From NCBI GenBank assembly GCA_964392315.1, contig CAYMOT010000001.1, forward strand, positions 9,042-73,041: DNA of 64,000 bases. Direction: 5' to 3'. Source of the stretch: an uncultured Candidatus Saccharibacteria bacterium (lineage in GTDB: Bacteria; Patescibacteriota; 4484-211; JAGQKX01). A program made the translations under genes and the position numbers. The first letter of the stretch is position 1, and each line of letters starts with the position of its first letter. The notes below the pieces were generated by a model. It had not been told where the DNA came from. It was given only the letters and a program-made list of their open reading frames with translations, and ran no database searches. Shown piece by piece: positions 62,390-64,000 of this stretch.

Positions 62390-62496
62390 CTCGCGCACAG
62401 CACGAGAATAATAAATATTCAAATAGACTAATAAACTAATTATTAATTTGTCTATTAGATTATTCGTCAATTTATACATTCTTGTGCTACGCACAA
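62390..62496 (-). other. AT-rich intervening sequence replacing the tip of 23S helix 45 (E. coli ~1164-1185), bounded by hairpins CTTGTGCGTAGCACAAG and CTCGTGCTGTGCGCGAG (rRNA sense)
   Basis: The flanks GCACCGAAGCAGCGAAAT and GTTGGTAGAAGAGCGTTC match the conserved sequence around helix 45, with ~108 nt of AT-rich inserted sequence between them. Confidence 0.55.
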
Positions 62497-62572
62497 GATT
62501 TCGCTGCTTCGGTGCTTAGCTTGAGCCCCGTTATATTTTCGGCGCAAAGGCACCAAGTAGACCAGTGAGCTG

Positions 62573-62622
<50 letters not shown>

Positions 62623-63215
62623 AAAGTGACTTCACTTCCTTTCCCACTTAGCTAGGACTTAGGGACCTTAGCATGCGATCTGGGTTGTTTCCCTTTTGAA
62701 AATGGAGATTAGCCCCCACTTTCTAACTTGCCTTGTATGTCAGTACGGTATTCGGAGTTTGGTACGATGGAGCCGCCAAAGGCAACTACACCGAATCAGT
62801 ATCTCTACCCCCGTACGACTAAACCAAGACGCTCGTCTTAAAACGATTTCGAAGAGAACCAGCTATTACCGGGTTCGATTGGCGTTTCACCGCTATCCAC
62901 AACTCATCCGAAGATTTTGCATCATCAACCGGTTCGGGCCTCCAGCCGACTTTCGTCGAACCTTCACCCTGGCCATGGATAGATCACCCGGTTTCGGGTA
63001 TACCGATAGCCGCTGAGGCCCTATTTGGACCCTGCCTGCGCAGGCAGGCATTCGCTTTCGCTGCGCCTCCAGGATAATACTCCCTTAGACTATGCGACTA
63101 CCGAGTAACTCGCCGACTTATGCTCCAAAAGACACGCCGTAGCTCATGCAGTAAACTGCACAAGCGTCGACTGCTTGTAGACAACCAGTTTCAGGTACTA
63201 TTTCACTCCCCTCCC

Positions 63216-63262
<47 letters not shown>

Positions 63263-63902
63263 GAGAAAGTATTTAGCCTTAGGAGTTGGTCCTCCCAGAT
63301 TCCCACAGGATTTCACGTGTCCCGCGGTACTCAGGATACCTTCTAGCTATGTACTCAATTTCGTGTACGGGACTTTCACCCTCTGTGGTTCAGCTTTCCA
63401 GACTGCTTCCACTATCAAGTACATACCATAATGAAGGTCCTACAACCCTCCAATAAATTGGAGTTTGGGCTTCTCCCCTTTCGCTCACCGCTACTCAGGG
63501 AATTATTTCTTTTCCTCGGCTTACTGAGATGATTCACTTCAGCCGGTTCCCTCCCATTAGCTAATACACTCTTCAAAAGAAGAATGCTTTCACTAATGAG
63601 CATCTGATGATGAAATCAGATAGGTTTCCCCATTCGGACATCCCCGGATTAACGGTCGTGTGACACCTACCCGAGGCTTATCGCAGCCTTCCACGTCCTT
63701 CATAGGCTTTCTCCGCCAAGGCATCCACCGGTTGCCGTAGCGAGTATTTGCATTCCATTAAACATAATCCAGTTGTTAAAGTTCAATGAAGGTGTATCAC
63801 CATTCATTTCACTGCCCAAAGTGACCGATCGTTTGTTACAAGAAGATGTCGGTCGCTTTTTTGGCTGGATGAGTGTTAACGCTCATCCAAGTTTGTATAT
63901 TC

Positions 63903-63957
63903 AAACAAGCAAATACCAAACATTTGTATATTTGTTATTTGTTTATTTGCATATTTT
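63903..63957. promoter_or_regulatory. AT-rich TTTG-phased element upstream of the 23S rRNA (rRNA sense: AATATGCAAATAAACAAATAACAAATATACAAATGTTTGGTATTTGCTTGTTTG)
   Basis: It shares the ATAAACAAATA / CAAATATACAAAT / TATTTGCTT blocks with the sites upstream of secE, rplJ and tRNA-Pro. Confidence 0.35.
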
Positions 63958-64000
63958 CTGTACCCGTTCTTGCCAGAGCAAGAATCTATTCAGAATCTCA

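Overview
This 64-kb window is a gene-dense, almost entirely housekeeping stretch of a small bacterial genome, at roughly 42-45% GC by eye. TGA is used as a stop codon, so the standard bacterial genetic code applies. The gene content and arrangement point to a Candidate Phyla Radiation / Patescibacteria (Parcubacteria-like) organism: compact genes, a competence set (dprA, comEA, a split comEC), rplK-rplJ-rplL with no rplA, and a 23S rRNA carrying insertions. Identifiable content, in order: a truncated giant surface protein; an F-type ATPase operon (c-like, b, delta, alpha, gamma, beta, epsilon); an O-antigen-ligase/TPR membrane protein; rseP; frr-tsf-rpsB; topA-dprA; mrdA-mreD-mreC-mreB; def-fmt; rpmB with three tRNAs; rpmG and tRNA-Trp; mdh; a 913-aa type-IV-secretion-type ATPase; secE-nusG-rplK-rplJ-rplL; a tandem-HTH protein; an alpha-glucan cluster (two glgA plus a GH57 enzyme); a TagA-like glycosyltransferase; a second MreB; PEGA and PH-domain membrane proteins; tRNA-Arg and tRNA-Pro; prs; a metallophosphoesterase; argS; split comEC and comEA; leuS; rdgB; two tRNA-Ala genes flanking a small islet; obg; a LysM-M23 peptidase; rho; a PIN-TRAM protein; radA; rpsA; and 5S plus 23S rRNA on the minus strand. 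The most unusual items are an F-ATPase operon with no subunit a and a non-canonical signal-peptide-bearing c-like protein, an orphan soluble T4SS-type ATPase inserted between tRNA-Trp and secE, two 23S intervening sequences that share terminal hairpins, a recurrent AT-rich element upstream of translation-apparatus operons, the absence of rplA, the split comEC, and an HTH-TM-giant-ectodomain protein. All calls come from reading the sequence and the ORF translations by eye; no database search was run.
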